Shown here: positions 59,751-64,000 of the stretch, piece by piece
How positions within the stretch are numbered: the first letter of the stretch is position 1
Layout of the letters: each line of letters opens with the position of its first letter
Assembly: GCA_036172245.1 (NCBI GenBank)
Contig: JAYWIR010000016.1
Location: 620,001 to 684,000, forward strand
DNA: 64,000 nucleotides
Direction: 5' to 3'
Origin: Raillietiella orientalis
Lineage: Eukaryota
The notes under the pieces: generated by a model
Databases searched by the model: none
What the model saw: the letters and a program-made list of their open reading frames with translations, nothing else
What the model was told of the DNA's origin: nothing
Program-made: the position numbers and the translations under genes

Positions 59751-62700
59751 AACATGAAGAGTGCAAGTGAGACACATTAAGATGAGTCTTCCCCTCTTCC
59801 TTTTGAATACAAATGTTGATGAACAATCTCCCCTTCGGATGTTCTGGACCCAAATTTTAGTCTCCATGGATCATAGTGATATCGTGAAAGAGTTCCTGCC
59901 CCGTTGTCAGTGCCATCATCATCGGCTGAGCGGAGAGCAGATTTCCTTCTGTGCAAGTGGCCGAGTGCAAAGCCAACTACAGCCTACAGTTGAAGATTTC
60001 ACAGATCCGAAAAATTACGGAGCAGCTATAGAAACAGCAAACCAATCGGACAGTTTGCGGCATAGAAACGCCAAACTTCGTGCATTTCCGGTGGCGGATG
60101 TTTCGAGTCTTTGTCATCTGCAATTCTCCAGCTTGGGATTCCGTCCTCATCCATTGCCAGTGACTTCGTTCCCTTCAAACTGATGAATGACAGGAGCTTA
60201 GCACAAAACAGACTCTGATTTTATCATAAGTTTCTGTCATAGGCACAGTATTCCATTGGGATGATCATAAATCTTTAAGAAGCACAATTCTTTCGAGAAC
60301 CCATTTTGTTGTTGCTGTTGTCGTTTATCGAATATGTAATTTCAACTCATTCCTCCGTGAGTTTTCGGTCACCTAGGAATGGATGGCTAATACAAAGTGC
60401 ATCTTCATAAGGTGTTGAAAGACGGTCCACTTGCTGATTTGAGAGACGGCTCCACATCACTGGAAATGAGAGACCCAAAGCCTCCTTCGCGTCCGTGGAG
60501 TCCGCTGGAGCGGAACCGGCTTTTTGTGGTCCTCGCCGCATTCGCGGCAGAAGCGCCATGGGAGCCTTCGAGTACTCAGTACTGATTCGTGTTCGATTGC
60601 CACACCGAAACGATTGGGCCGTTCCATCCACCAGAAGAAGATCGACGAGCTGCTCAGAAGCGAAAAACCCCGTCACTGCGGTGCACCCTTCGGCAACGCA
60701 CGCGATCGCACGTGTTTGGAGCTGAAGGCACGCCTTCCGTCACAGCGAGAAATCACCTTGAAATCTGATCCATCTAATGAGGCTGGAAAGTGCAGCTGAC
60801 TGCAACCTCAGGACATTTTTGTGGAGGGAGGGGAGGGGTCTTGATTATCCAATATTTATATATAAACTTCATCGTGCAAGCGTAGCTCTAAAAAATAGCG
60901 GAGCAGCTCCTTTTCCTACAACGTGCTCGCCAAATCGCCGAAAATGTGTACTCAAAGAAATACAGTCAGGTAAACACAGCTGGAAGCACTCGAGATCTCC
61001 GTGTGTACATGGGAATTTCGATGATGGAGATATGGGTATGTATGTGTTTGCGCGCGCGCGTATGTACACAAATATGCGATTGTGCAGCTATTTGCCCGCA
61101 TGTCATGTTGCTTTTCATTCAAAACTGCAGCCGAGAAAACGGTACGCGAGTCTCCTTGCACGTGATTTCTTTCGGAAACGAAAAGAACCTTCCTGGTACA
61201 CGGCGCACGGAGACAGCTCATTCCACTTGGAGAATTCGGGATCGAATTCGGAGCACGGATGAAAACGGGGATTCGAAGACACCGTATCCAAAAGACTTCT
61301 CTGGGAAATCTGGGAGATGCCTCACGAGAAGCATTTCCGCCTACAGAAATGGGAGGCGCAAGTGGGAGTCTCCCAGAGTCAGATAAAGAGTTGGCGCTCG
61401 TCCTTCTTTTCCCAGGAAAATTTGTCAGGAGATCGTCTTCCCCGTTCTCGCGAGAGGAGCACGGAATCCGGCCGGATCCGCATGGACCAAGCCTCGGTCT
61501 TTCACATTTTAGGGCAGGCGTCACCCCATCTGGTGGCTTGGCTGAACCAGTTTCAGCACGTCAGAGATAAGGACGTCATCTCCGGGAACTCTGGAAAGCC
61601 CACCCGGATCGGAAATACGAGCTCAAACGTTGTTTCTGCCGTTCTTCGGCGCAGAGAGCTCTTCGGTTGTTTTCAAAACAATTTTGTGGCGATTTTCTTC
61701 GTTTGATCGAATCAGCACCACCGCTGTCGTCTCCTTTGGCATGCCCTTCAGGAGGGCACCCGGGTCTCCATGGATCAGTGAATGTGGCAGATGCGAGTAG
61801 TAGAGCAATTACGATTTTTTTTTAGAAAAAAAATAAATAAATATAGCGATCCTGTTGATCTAGCGCTTTGAAAACAGAAGCTTTTTCGTCTTGAGCATCT
61901 GATACCTACTCCCAATAAAAATATAGCAATCGATCCTGGAGAACATTCCAGATGGAAAAAAATTCCAGTTGCTTTCCCTAAAGGGAATAAGTTTAATACT
62001 CCCAGTAATAACACACAAGCGAACTGTGCAAGCGACTGTGCAAATATAACGGAGCAATCAGAGTTTCACGAGAATACAGCTGCATCCAATACTTCCGTGG
62101 GACGGATGGCTACTCGGCTTTCCGTAATATCTGAAGACATGCGGAAACTTTGGTGCTCATCAGAAGGATACAAAGAGAGATCATATATTGAGCCACACTT
62201 TTGACACAGATTTCCAATTCCTCCTTTTCATCTGCTATTGCATCTCATCACCAGCAGTGGAAACGAAACCTGATCCTTCCAGAAATAACGGTCCGGGGAC
62301 ACACAAGAAGCGGACTTCGGCGTTCGGACGTGTCCATTAAGTGGAACGCATGAAGCTGACAATTTAATGCACTACGGGCCACTCGAGATGCGAGAGAGCG
62401 TCGAAGAGAGTGTCGGAGTCCACATCCGAAAGGACCGCAAGGAGCAGCCACTGGGAAAAGCGACAGTGACCACGAGAGCAAACGCTTTGCGGTGCTGGCA
62501 TTACCGACGGTGAATCCGCAGCATCCGTTCCATTATCTGAGCTCGTCCACACGTGTGCCCTGGATGGCGTCAGTAGAAGGCCAAAGTACGCTTCCTAAGT
62601 GTTTGGGGACGGTGCTTTCAGTGGCATTTATGCACACATCAGAGGCGGTTCGAGAACAGTGAAGCTCCGGTCGCAAAGGGCAGCAGAAATGGACTGTCAC

Positions 62701-64000
62701 GCGCTGCCGTGGGCGAGATGATGCAAGGCATCAGAGACGCGGAAACGCTCCTTTTCAACTCTCAGGATGCTGAAAATAGGATGTGAGCAAACGGTTCGCG
62801 TGTAAAAAAGTTTGACGATGTGGGCGTGAGCGTATGGAGTGCAGGCGAAAAGAGTAGCCAAAGCATCATCTGCCACCACGGCAGAGCGATCCTCAGAAAT
62901 CGAATGGATCCATCTCTCAGAGTCATCGAGAGTGCAGCCCATCGCGTCGAAAACCCACCGGCGCTACCGGGTTACCCCTCCTTCTCCAACTCTGATGCTT
63001 ATCTCGCATCGTCTCGTTTCGGAAACAAAGCCGAACTGGATGAGGAGGATGTACAAGGTGGCGATTCATCGTTGCAACGACCTGAGGTTCCTCCTCCCTT
63101 TGTACGTCGCATTCTTCTTCTTCATCTTTGCTAATGCGCGTTTTGTTTTCAGAGAGGTCCTCAGCTCCGAAAGAATAACCGATGAGCGCTGCTTGCCCTC
63201 AGGCCGAAGGCTGACTCGCTGCCACTCCCATCCCGCGCCGCCGGCGCGCACAGTTCATCGTATCGCCCCACTGGCATTTCGCCTCCGAAGCTGCAGGTGA
63301 CGCTGCGTGAACCCCGGGAAGATCGGTTCCGTAATTCCGGGACTCGATCTTCGCCCGAAACATCGGAGGAAACCCTGGCAGCTTCATTCTCCGCAAAGAA
63401 TCCGATCCACCCTCTGCATCCCGCATGCACGCGACTCCCCTTCTCTTCGCTTGCACCCCATGCGATGTGCCTCGCTCGAAAGAGATGGGTTCCACCCCAT
63501 CCAGTTTGCTGCAGCAGGGCCGGCGGGCAACGCTGCATGCGCTTCCGTCTCCCTCTGATTCAAGTCGTTTCTTCCATCGCGCGGATGGGGCACTCCAGCA
63601 GTCCAACGCTCCTTCTTTCTGTCCCGCCTCTTCTACGGGCCCGGCCGTTGTGTCTAAGCTGTGGGGGGGTTAGCCGGACAGGTTCGCTCCGCGGTCCGAG
63701 CCCGCACGAGGCTTGCATAACAGACAGTTCATACAGACACGTGCTGCTCTGGTTCACACGATCGGTGTTTGGTCAACACTACACTTCATTTCCACCTTCG
63801 AATGTTTCGTCTTCTGGGCTTACACTTTGGAGTCTCTAAAGCGTGCCGCACACCTGGCCACGATCGCTGATCTTCTTTAAGATGTGCCGATACGCCCAGG
63901 AAGGGACCCCTCCACAGTCCCGGATTCCAATTTCTTGTATCTTCGCTGTTTTCCTTCCATTTTTTTTTTTTTTGGGGGGGGGGGGTCGCTGAGTACCTAA

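Overview
Eukaryotic, GC-rich genomic DNA, most likely from an arthropod. The basis is GT-AG introns, a Beat-family Ig gene and a calmodulin fragment with the invertebrate-type MMTSK ending; the species cannot be determined from sequence alone. The only intact gene I can support is a six-coding-exon beaten path (Beat)-like two-Ig-domain cell-surface protein on the + strand (19966-38698, about 298 aa). It runs from signal peptide to a GPI-like tail, and the ORF track recovers only parts of it. Its introns and flanks hold a frameshifted calmodulin 3' fragment, two 5S rRNA-derived pieces and many heavily decayed L1/Tx1-clade LINE relics. The relics include an ORF1 zinc-knuckle triplet, RT motif remnants and a converging pair forming an inverted repeat. 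There is also a Tigger/pogo-like MITE relic, a recent 131-bp tandem duplication and simple repeats. Most ORFs in the track look like GC-content noise. I found no convincing prokaryotic system, CRISPR array or clearly novel biological system. The best leads are possible soluble versus anchored Beat isoforms, a possible 5S-derived SINE family and the calmodulin fragment. All alignments and identities were judged by eye.
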